Source: a virus
Lineage: Duplodnaviria; Caudoviricetes
DNA length: 40,216 nucleotides
IMG/VR virus record: IMGVR_UViG_3300011335_000495
Coordinates: 1 to 40,216 of that record
Reading direction: 5' to 3' (one strand)
Shown here: piece after piece, positions 18,774 to 26,139 of the stretch
How positions within the stretch are numbered: position 1 is the first letter of the stretch
Layout of the letters: each line of letters starts with the position of its first letter
Notes under the pieces: model-generated
The model's input: the letters and a program-made list of their open reading frames with translations, nothing else
Databases searched by the model: none
Told to the model about the DNA's origin: nothing
Translations under genes and position numbers: made by a program

Positions 18774-18820
18774 TGTACCCTCTAAAGCCCTTATTTATAG
18801 GGGTTTTAGGGGTTTACATT
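18772..18820 (+). other. Long intergenic hairpin (RNase III-type processing site or terminator)
   Basis: AATGTA-CCCTCTAAAGCCCTTA pairs with TAGGGGTTTTAGGGG-TT-TACATT, including G-U pairs on the + strand. Confidence 0.55.
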
Positions 18821-18851
18821 TGTAAATCAATACCTAATTGGAGCATACAAA

Positions 18852-19091
18852 ATGGATGCAATAGATCGTAGAGAATTATTAAAAGAGTTAATTGAAAAGA
18901 CTAGAAAAGAGGCGTTTAGCTCCGATTATTGGGACAATGTTACGGATGCGGATGTTTTGGGGGTTTTAATATCTCAGCATTTTAAATGGGACGGGCAAGC
19001 CATATTTGAAACAATGAGTAATGCTTTCGAAGATGCCAATTTTCATAGTTTTAATAAAATAATGGCACAACAATGGGAACTAACAACATGA
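18852..19091 (+). CDS. Hypothetical early protein
   Basis: GGAG RBS; ATGA overlap with the next ORF. Confidence 0.7.
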   Translation: MDAIDRRELLKELIEKTRKEAFSSDYWDNVTDADVLGVLISQHFKWDGQAIFETMSNAFEDANFHSFNKIMAQQWELTT

Positions 19092-19201
19092 GCGCCAGGG
19101 ATAAGTACAGCGCTTATTGTTACTTAGCAGCCAAGCAAGGGTTTAAGCCCTTGTCATTTAATGCCTGGCAATCAACCGTTAAACAAGGGAGGTTATTTTG
19201 A
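19088..19201 (+). CDS. 37-aa hypothetical protein MSARDKYSAYCY...GRLF
   Basis: ATGA coupling; Y..Y...A...G..PLSFNAW pattern. Confidence 0.6.
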   Translation: MSARDKYSAYCYLAAKQGFKPLSFNAWQSTVKQGRLF

Positions 19202-19290
19202 ATTATAAAGACACTCTGTTAGATAAGATCATTCTAGTATTTGCCTTATTTGGTTTAATACCTCTTATATGGCTATTAATGGCACTGTAA
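19198..19290 (+). CDS. 30-aa single-pass membrane peptide (TTG start) MNYKDTLLDKIILVFALFGLIPLIWLLMAL
   Basis: GGGAGG RBS, TTGA overlap, hydrophobic stretch, ends just before a terminator. Confidence 0.55.
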   Translation: MNYKDTLLDKIILVFALFGLIPLIWLLMAL

Positions 19291-19308
19291 GGATCATTTA
19301 ACATTAAT

Positions 19309-19335
19309 TAGGGGCATAGTAGCCCCTATTTTTTT
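19309..19335 (+). terminator. Rho-independent terminator of the ardC operon
   Basis: TAGGGGC-ATAGTA-GCCCCTA followed by T7. Confidence 0.85.
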
Positions 19336-19482
19336 AAGCGCTTACAGGGCGTTTAAATCATTCTCTTATATTTCAATCTACTTTACCTATGTTTTAACTC
19401 TTTTTTAGGAGATATAGGTTTAGTTATTCCCTTAAAACCCTATATGGGTGGATTACCTATACGCGCGCGCTTGGGCAAAATA

Positions 19483-19554
19483 GTGGCAAAGCTGGTTATT
19501 TTGGTAAAGTTGGTAATACTAGCAAAGCTGGTCAATTTGGAAAGTTTGGTCAAT
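19483..19554. repeat. Eight degenerate 9-bp tandem repeats (approx. YTGGYAAAK, 18-bp superperiod)
   Basis: gtggcaaag ctggttatt ttggtaaag ttggtaata ctagcaaag ctggtcaat ttggaaagt ttggtcaat. Confidence 0.8.
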
Positions 19555-19593
19555 TCAAAAATTAGATTGCCCTATCCAATTTGATTACCCTCT

Positions 19594-19897
19594 AAAAAAA
19601 GTTAGTGAGCTTCTAACCCGCTATTTATATGGGAGTGATCGCTTTTAAGCGGTAGCTATCGTTTATCTAAGTGCTTAACTAAAGGGGTGCGGTACTGTAA
19701 AGTTCCCCCAGATACTAGCCACTATGTTTATTTCCTTTGGCGCTACACCATGCGGAAGGGGTGGGTAATGCCCCCGTTCAGTTTGTTTTAATGGTGATTC
19801 TTGGTAGCGAGGTCTTTGCGTGTTATGGATTACCCAATCGCATAACAGACCACAAAAACCACCACTAAAACATTCTTGCGGAAATTACACCACATAA
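19594..19897 (-). ncRNA. Candidate ~300-nt structured non-coding RNA
   Basis: TATAAT at 19909-19904; 20-bp stem 19872-19853/19803-19784 with three G-U pairs only on the minus strand; further nested stems; GTTAG/CTAAC hairpin plus T7 at the 3' end; no ORF in the track. Confidence 0.55.
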
Positions 19898-19948
19898 AAA
19901 TAAATTATACAAGCATTGTTTAAATACAACACATTAACAAATAGTGTA

Positions 19949-19977
19949 TTGCATTAAGAAAGTTAATCCTTTAGAGT
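19949..19977 (+). promoter_or_regulatory. sigma70-type promoter of the recombination/modification operon
   Basis: TTGCAT-17 nt-TAGAGT. Confidence 0.6.
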
Positions 19978-20019
19978 GTAGTTGTTGTATCCAAATACCT
20001 AACTAGAGGAGTACCCAAC

Positions 20020-20250
20020 ATGAAATTCTGCATAGACTGTATTCACTTTGAGGACTTGACAGGCTTATGCCTCAAGACTAACTACATTGACCTAGTGACT
20101 GGCAAGACTGAGTACCGCAATGCTCACACTGAAAGAACCCTAGACCTGACAGGTTGCGGTAAGGAAGGCAAGTTTTTTAAACCGCAGCGCCATAAGATAT
20201 ACACGGCTGCTGATCTAGACGATTTATCCACAATTCCATTCGGGAGATAA
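20020..20250 (+). CDS. Cys-rich (putative Zn-binding) hypothetical protein
   Basis: CIDCIHF...C...CG; GAGGAG RBS. Confidence 0.75.
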   Translation: MKFCIDCIHFEDLTGLCLKTNYIDLVTGKTEYRNAHTERTLDLTGCGKEGKFFKPQRHKIYTAADLDDLSTIPFGR

Positions 20251-20252
20251 GC

Positions 20253-20441
20253 ATGGCAACGAGAAAAACAGTAAAGACTATCAACGAGATTGATCGCTTA
20301 AAGAACCTGATTGCCAGACAAGACGATCAGCTAGACCAGCTCTCAGACGATTTAAAAGATAGCAAAGAACAGGCTGAGTTCTGTCGCAAGCAGATCAACC
20401 ATTACTTAGCATTAATCAACATATTAACAAGGGGATCATAA
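20253..20441 (+). CDS. Small coiled-coil hypothetical protein
   Basis: GGGAG RBS; heptad pattern. Confidence 0.7.
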   Translation: MATRKTVKTINEIDRLKNLIARQDDQLDQLSDDLKDSKEQAEFCRKQINHYLALINILTRGS

Positions 20442-20656
20442 TGAAAGCATTTCCAATAGTAATTGATCGAGAAACACAATTAGCGCATGAAATGGAGTCT
20501 GCCATTACTGAAGAAGGCATGGATTTACGGGATTATTTTGCTGCAAAAGCACTTGTTATTGTTGCAAGCCAATATCCGTCTACTAGTTTTATTGGTGCTG
20601 CTGAAATAGCCTATGACTATGCTGATGCACTAATTAAGGTGAGAAGCTATGAATAA
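20441..20656 (+). CDS. Conserved small phage protein
   Basis: AFP...GMDLRDYFAAKA...AY..ADA motif, widespread in phages. Confidence 0.8.
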   Translation: MKAFPIVIDRETQLAHEMESAITEEGMDLRDYFAAKALVIVASQYPSTSFIGAAEIAYDYADALIKVRSYE

Positions 20657-21548
20657 CCAAGCAGATTTTGCAGACGAGGTTAGAAATAGCGCTTGGTGGA
20701 GTGGTGACTCTAGAAAAGTAGCTAATGGTCGTGGGGTAGACGCTATTCTTACTAAACAGGGCAAAATGGAGATACCTGATTTATCTGGAGTTGAAGCAGT
20801 GCAAATGGGTCATGTCATGCAACCCGTGATTGGTAGGCTAGCTCAGGACAAGCTAAAAATAGAGCTCAAAGAGGCTGACTATGCTATTACACACTCACAA
20901 CATGATTGGTTTCGTAGCCACTTTGATTTCATAAGTGCTGACGGCAAGACTCTAGTTGAGGCTAAGAACTACAACGCTTCTACTAGGTCTAAGTTTGACG
21001 CTGATACGAATACGATCCCGATTGCTGATTATGCTCAGCTAGTGCATGAAGCTGCTTGTCATGGTGTTGAACATATCTATCTAGCGGTTCTATTTGGTGG
21101 CCAAGAGTTTCAGACTTTTGAATTCAACATAACTGAAGCTGAGAAAGAGGAGTTTATTAAGAAAATGGCTGTGTTTTGGGGCTTTGTGAAAGCAAACACG
21201 CTGCCTGCTGCTGAAACTATTGAGCAAACTAAGCTGATCTATCCAACCAGCACAGAAGAACAAGTGGTAGCCACGCAACAGATGGAACAAGCCGTAGCAT
21301 TACTTAAAACCATTAAGGGTCAGATTAAAGAACTCGAAGCTACAGAGGAAGAAATCGAAGTGGCAGTCAGAAACACTTTAGGCGACAAGTCAGCCATAGT
21401 GAGTGTAGACGGATCAACGCTAGTGACTTGGCGGTGTAGTAAGCCCTCTATGCGGTTTGCAAGTGATTTATTTAAAAAAGCGATGCCAGATATCTACGAG
21501 AAGTTTGTAATGGAAATGCCAGGATCACGGAGGTTCTTAGTCAAATGA
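20649..21548 (+). CDS. YqaJ-like viral recombinase exonuclease (lambda Exo fold)
   Basis: G..MQPVI, HFDF...LVEAK PD-(D/E)xK core, YAQ..H, YLAVLFGGQ; upstream of an annealing protein. Confidence 0.85.
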   Translation: MNNQADFADEVRNSAWWSGDSRKVANGRGVDAILTKQGKMEIPDLSGVEAVQMGHVMQPVIGRLAQDKLKIELKEADYAITHSQHDWFRSHFDFISADGKTLVEAKNYNASTRSKFDADTNTIPIADYAQLVHEAACHGVEHIYLAVLFGGQEFQTFEFNITEAEKEEFIKKMAVFWGFVKANTLPAAETIEQTKLIYPTSTEEQVVATQQMEQAVALLKTIKGQIKELEATEEEIEVAVRNTLGDKSAIVSVDGSTLVTWRCSKPSMRFASDLFKKAMPDIYEKFVMEMPGSRRFLVK

Positions 21549-21576
21549 ACAATATTTTATTAACGGGGAAACTATT

Positions 21577-22404
21577 ATGAGCAACAACTTAATACCTTTT
21601 GCAGATATGCAACAGATGGCAGAGGCTATGGTCAAGAGTAATCTATTTGGAATGAAGGATGTAAACCAAGTCATAGCTTTGGGTTTGGTAGCACAGGCTG
21701 ACGGGATGCCATTTGCTAGTGCAGTACGAGATTACGACATTATCCTAGGTAGACCAGCACTCAAGTCAGCTTCTATGCAAGCACGATTTCAAGCTGCTAA
21801 TGGCAAGGTGGAATGGAAGGTTTATAGCGATGATGAAGTGACGGGTATCTTTTCACATCCCAATGGGGGTAGCTTGGAGCTAACTTGGACTATCGAGCAA
21901 GCAACTCGGATTGGTTTAGTTAAACCTAATTCAGGATGGTCTAAATATCCACGGGCTATGCTCAGAGCAAGGTGTCTTAGCGAAGGTATCAGGACAGTAT
22001 TTCCTGGCTGTCTTGGCAATATGTACGCCCCAGAGGAAGTGATTGACTTTGAGCCACAGACACCACCCAAGCCAAAGAACATGGGCATTGTTACTAAGCT
22101 AGGTAATGAGCTAATAACTATTGCTGATCTGAAAGAGGACATGATTAAAGGTATACCTATGTATATCCCAGGATCAAACGAACCTTACGCTCAGTATCTT
22201 ACGGTTGATGATTGGATTGATGGGTACGCAGAGATGCACGCTAAGATTCACGAATCAACTAAGCTCAGTCAGGAGGATAAAGACGAGAAAATTCATTCAC
22301 TACGGACTTGTAATGAAGCATATACGACAAATTTTGACGGCAATACAATTGCCAAATTCTTATCCAAGCTCACGATTCACAGAAAGGAAATTGCAAATGG
22401 CTAG
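21577..22404 (+). CDS. RecT/Red-beta-like single-strand annealing protein
   Basis: II.GRPAL, WTIEQA..IGL, W.KYPRAMLRAR....IR..FP..L...Y..EE motifs. Confidence 0.75.
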   Translation: MSNNLIPFADMQQMAEAMVKSNLFGMKDVNQVIALGLVAQADGMPFASAVRDYDIILGRPALKSASMQARFQAANGKVEWKVYSDDEVTGIFSHPNGGSLELTWTIEQATRIGLVKPNSGWSKYPRAMLRARCLSEGIRTVFPGCLGNMYAPEEVIDFEPQTPPKPKNMGIVTKLGNELITIADLKEDMIKGIPMYIPGSNEPYAQYLTVDDWIDGYAEMHAKIHESTKLSQEDKDEKIHSLRTCNEAYTTNFDGNTIAKFLSKLTIHRKEIANG

Positions 22405-22660
22405 TTTTTTATATCAAGAAGGTAAAGGCGGTCTACTACAGGAGTTTGACAAAAAGAACCCTGCTGGCCCAGACTGGAAGGGTACTCTCAAGCTCAGTAG
22501 AGATTATAAGAAGGGCGAGGAAGTACGCATTAGCGCATGGACTAAGAACAATCCGAAAGGAACAATTATTAGTTTGAACGAAAACAATTGGACACCAAAC
22601 CCAGATAGTAACTACCCCAAGGAGATTAATCATGTTAAAGACAGCGATGTTCCGTTTTGA
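22397..22660 (+). CDS. Small ssDNA-binding-like protein (DUF736-like)
   Basis: K.P..PDWKG...ISAW.K pattern and acidic DSDVPF tail; AAAGGA RBS. Confidence 0.65.
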   Translation: MASFLYQEGKGGLLQEFDKKNPAGPDWKGTLKLSRDYKKGEEVRISAWTKNNPKGTIISLNENNWTPNPDSNYPKEINHVKDSDVPF

Positions 22661-22802
22661 TATAGCTTTATTTTTATTGGTTTTTGCATTATTTATGCCT
22701 ATAGCCCAAGCGGGTACTAAATGCGAGCCTGACTCAAGGGGAGGCTTTTGCTGTTGGGATGTAGAACGAGATGGCATATTTAAACCAATATCCTGTGCAT
22801 GA
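22632..22802 (+). CDS. 56-aa secreted Cys-rich peptide with Sec signal
   Basis: AAGGAG RBS; MLKTAMFRFDIALFLLVFALFMPIAQA|GTKCEPDSRGGFCCWDVERDGIFKPISCA; ATGA overlap with rusA. Confidence 0.7.
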   Translation: MLKTAMFRFDIALFLLVFALFMPIAQAGTKCEPDSRGGFCCWDVERDGIFKPISCA

Positions 22803-23188
22803 TTATTCTGGATCTACCTTACCCACCGTCAATCAATAACTATTGGATGACGAGTGGGCATAGGCGATACATTAGTAAAAGGGGTATGGAGTTTAGAAAA
22901 GCAGTCTGGCTTTATTGTTTGGAATGGAAAATAGGCAAATTGGGAGATAAAGCCGTGATGGTTCACATTGTTTTAAGACCAAGATCAAAGAAGCTCATGG
23001 ATATTGACAACTGCGCTAAAGCCATTTTAGATAGCCTAGAACACGCAGGAATCATTAATTCTGATGTTCAGGTAGAACGCTTGGTAATCGAAAGAGGGCA
23101 GCCAGTTAAGAATGGCGGTTGCCGTGTGTTAATTGAATTGTTGTGTGCCGATAGCTCAGAGTCGAGTCCTTTACAAGAGGACAGTTAG
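22799..23188 (+). CDS. rusA: RusA-family Holliday junction resolvase
   Basis: LPYPPSINNYW and DIDN..KAILDSL..AG....D.QV. Confidence 0.9.
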   Translation: MIILDLPYPPSINNYWMTSGHRRYISKRGMEFRKAVWLYCLEWKIGKLGDKAVMVHIVLRPRSKKLMDIDNCAKAILDSLEHAGIINSDVQVERLVIERGQPVKNGGCRVLIELLCADSSESSPLQEDS

Positions 23189-23243
23189 GTAAGGTGCGCC
23201 AGCCATCTATTTGGGCAAGCTGGCACTAACAATGGGGATAACT

Positions 23244-23453
23244 ATGAATGTACCGTACCGAACCAAAACAGGCATAGAGATTGGTAAATATTACCAAAAA
23301 GATACTAGACCAGAAATATCAAGCGATATGGAGATTATTCAAAGCATTTTGTTGGGTAAATATGAGTCAATTAGGCGTAAAACAGTTATTATTTATGCTT
23401 ATTTTTTAGGCATTACACTGACAATCTTTTGTTTGTTTGTGTTTGCTAAATGA
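23244..23453 (+). CDS. Hypothetical protein with C-terminal transmembrane helix
   Basis: GGGGA RBS before ATG 23244; hydrophobic C-terminus. Confidence 0.65.
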   Translation: MNVPYRTKTGIEIGKYYQKDTRPEISSDMEIIQSILLGKYESIRRKTVIIYAYFLGITLTIFCLFVFAK

Positions 23454-23893
23454 AGGGTTCTAACACCTATTCTGAAAGACAAACTGTTGCTAATAGGGGT
23501 GAGGTGTTGTTTGAGCAATACTGCCAAGAAAACCATTATGAATATAAGCGAGTCGGATTTGATGAGAAAAACAATTCTGTAAGCACTTTCTATGATTTGT
23601 CTACCTTACTACGCAATTTGCCAGATTATGTATTAGTGCGCCAAGATAGCACTTATGTGGTCAATGTAAAGGGTACAGCCAACATCAAAAAGAAAGAGAT
23701 TGATATGTTGCCACTAATGATGGAATGGTTCTCTAGTCGATCAGCGCCCTTAATCTATGCTTTTTGTTTTGAACATAGTGATCCTTTGTTTGTTTATCCT
23801 GACCAGCTTATTAGCTCGTACCGTAGATCAGTTGATAAACAATGGTCTGATGGGGTCATTTACCGTAATTTGAATTTAATGGAATTTGCATGA
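23450..23893 (+). CDS. Putative PD-(D/E)xK-fold nuclease-like protein
   Basis: GE..FE.Y...LPDYV...V(N)VKG; coupled by ATGA on both sides. Confidence 0.55.
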   Translation: MKGSNTYSERQTVANRGEVLFEQYCQENHYEYKRVGFDEKNNSVSTFYDLSTLLRNLPDYVLVRQDSTYVVNVKGTANIKKKEIDMLPLMMEWFSSRSAPLIYAFCFEHSDPLFVYPDQLISSYRRSVDKQWSDGVIYRNLNLMEFA

Positions 23894-24507
23894 AACACGC
23901 TACTAAGGCAGAATTAATTTTGTTTGAACAGGAAACAGCGCAGTTGTGGGAAAACGGGGATTTACCGTACCTTATTCACCTCTCAGGGGGTAATGAGGAT
24001 TTTCTGATTGATTTGTTTGGCGAGGCTAATGAAGGAGATTGGTTCTTTTCTACCCATCGTAATCACCACCACGCTCTTTTAGCGGGAATACCAAAAAATG
24101 AATTACAAAACACAATATTGGCTGGAAATTCTATGTTTGTTTATTCTAGGAAGCATTGTTTTTTTACTAGCAGTGTGCTTGCTGGCACTTGTTGTATTGC
24201 TGCTGGCGTAGCTTACGCCTTAAAGGAAGCGGGTAGTAGCAACCGTGTCTGGTGTTTTTTAGGTGACGGGGCTGAAGATCAAGGGCATTTCTATGAAGCA
24301 GTCCGTATGGTCGCAGGGCATGATTTACCTTGTACTTTCATTATCGAGGACAACAATCGCTCAGTAGATACCACCTTATCAGGGCGTAATCCACTAGAGT
24401 TTAGGTTTAGGATGCCTAGCTGCGTTATCAGAAATCATTACACCCCAACTTATCCCCACGCTGGTAACGGCACTAAGAAACACATTATCTTTAAGGAGCG
24501 CAAGTGA
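23890..24507 (+). CDS. Short ThDP-dependent dehydrogenase E1-alpha-like subunit
   Basis: HLSGG.E, STHRNH, ThDP motif GDGAEDQGHFYEA...IIEDNN; only 205 aa. Confidence 0.88.
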   Translation: MKHATKAELILFEQETAQLWENGDLPYLIHLSGGNEDFLIDLFGEANEGDWFFSTHRNHHHALLAGIPKNELQNTILAGNSMFVYSRKHCFFTSSVLAGTCCIAAGVAYALKEAGSSNRVWCFLGDGAEDQGHFYEAVRMVAGHDLPCTFIIEDNNRSVDTTLSGRNPLEFRFRMPSCVIRNHYTPTYPHAGNGTKKHIIFKERK

Positions 24508-25634
24508 ACTATTTGTCAGTTTGTTCTGGCATAGAAGCTGCCACAGTTGCTTGGCATCACATCAATTGGAAACCAATAGCTTTTAGCGAAATTGAGAAAT
24601 TTTCTTGTGAAGTTTTAAAACATCATTATCCAAATGTGCCTAATCTTGGAGATATGACTAAATATAAAGAATGGGTATTAAATGAACCAATTGACATTTT
24701 GGTCGGAGGAACTCCCTGCCAGTCCTTTTCAGTCGCAGGACTCAGAAAAGGGCTTGACGATCCAAGAGGCAACCTCGCTCTCATCTATGTGGGAATTCTT
24801 GACAAGTTTAGACCCAAGTGGTTCGTTTGGGAAAATGTGCCAGGTGTCCTCAGTTCTGGGGGGGGGCGAGATTTTGGCAGCTTCCTCGGTGCGGTGGGGG
24901 AGGTCGGGTATGGGTGGGCATACAGGGTGCTTGACGCTCAATACTTTGGAGTCGCCCAAAGACGCAGACGAGTGTTTGTTGTCGGATGTCTTGGAAACTG
25001 GGAATCTGCCGCAAAAGTATTATTTGAGTCCGAGAGCTTGTCAGGGAATACTAAATCGAGCAGAAAGACGAGGCAAGAAACTTCCAATAGCTTTATACCA
25101 AGCGTTGTTGGAACGCTCGATACAGAATGTGGTGGAGGAAGAAAAGCCCATCAATCAGTTATGAGCGGACATTTTATACCTACATTTTGGAATGGTGAAC
25201 AAACGGCAGAAACTTTAACAAGAACTTTTGATGACCAGCGTATGCCTGATAAAAATAGATTTCAAGCAATAATTACTTTACAAGACATTTCTAGCAGAAA
25301 AAAAGCACAAAACGGTAAGGGTTGGTCGGAAGGAATAAGTTACACGCTAGATCAAACTGGTTTACAAGGTGTTCTTGCTCCCACTTTAACAACTAATGAT
25401 CCTAGCCGCTCTCCTCAAGCTAGTGAAGTTACTCAACAAGTTAACGCAGTTTATCAATCAAGTATGGCAGTACGCAGACTTACAGAAGTTGAATGTGAAC
25501 GATTACAAGGTTTTCCAGACAATTACACTAATATTAAAGAAAATTGCCCAAGTGGTGCAAGATACAAATCTCTTGGAAACTCTATGGCTGTGCCTGTAAT
25601 GAAATGGATAGGGGAAAGAATTAATGACTTATAA
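24504..25634 (+). CDS. C5-cytosine DNA methyltransferase (alpha polypeptide)
   Basis: CSGIEA (I), GGTPCQSFS (IV), ENVPG (VI), QRRRRVF (VIII), RLQGFP, YKSLGNS (X); GTG start. Confidence 0.95.
   Translation: MNYLSVCSGIEAATVAWHHINWKPIAFSEIEKFSCEVLKHHYPNVPNLGDMTKYKEWVLNEPIDILVGGTPCQSFSVAGLRKGLDDPRGNLALIYVGILDKFRPKWFVWENVPGVLSSGGGRDFGSFLGAVGEVGYGWAYRVLDAQYFGVAQRRRRVFVVGCLGNWESAAKVLFESESLSGNTKSSRKTRQETSNSFIPSVVGTLDTECGGGRKAHQSVMSGHFIPTFWNGEQTAETLTRTFDDQRMPDKNRFQAIITLQDISSRKKAQNGKGWSEGISYTLDQTGLQGVLAPTLTTNDPSRSPQASEVTQQVNAVYQSSMAVRRLTEVECERLQGFPDNYTNIKENCPSGARYKSLGNSMAVPVMKWIGERINDL
24682..25164 (+). CDS. Nested alternative-frame methyltransferase beta polypeptide (M.EcoHK31I beta-like)
   Basis: 160-aa open +1 frame inside the MTase with LSDVLE..NLPQKYYLSPRACQGILNRAERRGKKLP..L..AL. 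Confidence 0.75.
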   Translation: MNQLTFWSEELPASPFQSQDSEKGLTIQEATSLSSMWEFLTSLDPSGSFGKMCQVSSVLGGGEILAASSVRWGRSGMGGHTGCLTLNTLESPKDADECLLSDVLETGNLPQKYYLSPRACQGILNRAERRGKKLPIALYQALLERSIQNVVEEEKPINQL

Positions 25635-26139
25635 AGACGCACTAATCCGTGCCAATACTTATTTGGCTGCCGATCCTAAGACTAGGTTCATAGGCTATGG
25701 CTTACTTAAAGGTCGAGCTTTAGGTACGCTAGTTAATGTGCCAGAAGCCCAGATCATTGAAATGCCAGTAGCTGAGAATTTAATGATGGATATGGCTATT
25801 GGTATGGCGTTAGTAGGTTGCAAGCCAATAGTGTTCTTAGAGCGCATGGACTTTTTAATGAACTGCATGGACGCTCTAGTTAACCACTTAGATAAGATCA
25901 GCACGATCTCCAATGGTGAATTTATGCCAAAAGTCATCATTCGGTGCATTGTAGGCAACAAAAACAAACCTTTATACACGGGATTGACTCATATTCAGGA
26001 CTTTACGGAGGGTTTACAGGCTATGGTGACTATGCCAGTCGTGCAATTAAAGACTGTGGCTGACATCAATTATTCGTATGAAAAAGCCGACAAAGCCTTA
26101 TATTCAACGGTTCTAGTGGAATACAAGGACCTAATATGA
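25624..26139 (+). CDS. Short E1-beta/transketolase pyrimidine-binding subunit
   Basis: EMPVAENLM..MAIGMAL.G.KPIV, DF.....D.LVN; lacks the C-terminal domain. Confidence 0.85.
   Translation: MTYKDALIRANTYLAADPKTRFIGYGLLKGRALGTLVNVPEAQIIEMPVAENLMMDMAIGMALVGCKPIVFLERMDFLMNCMDALVNHLDKISTISNGEFMPKVIIRCIVGNKNKPLYTGLTHIQDFTEGLQAMVTMPVVQLKTVADINYSYEKADKALYSTVLVEYKDLI

Noticed and set aside
19483-19554. CRISPR or mini-CRISPR array
   Set aside because: Units are 9 bp, degenerate and contiguous with no spacers; no cas genes.
22205-22396. N-terminal extension or frameshift fusion of the SSB-like ORF
   Set aside because: Overlaps the RecT-like gene; a good RBS and ATG exist at 22397 and I see no slippery site.
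23144-23230. tRNA-like look (TAGCTCAG, GTCCT-TTACAAG-AGGAC hairpin, then a GCCAGC/GCTGGC stem)
   Set aside because: No T-arm (GTTCRA) and no acceptor stem; overlaps the rusA 3' end. At most a local mRNA structure.
23890-26139. Pyruvate dehydrogenase auxiliary metabolic genes (pdhA/pdhB)
   Set aside because: Both chains are much shorter than PDH subunits, no E2/E3 is present, and the context is radical SAM plus glycosyltransferase.
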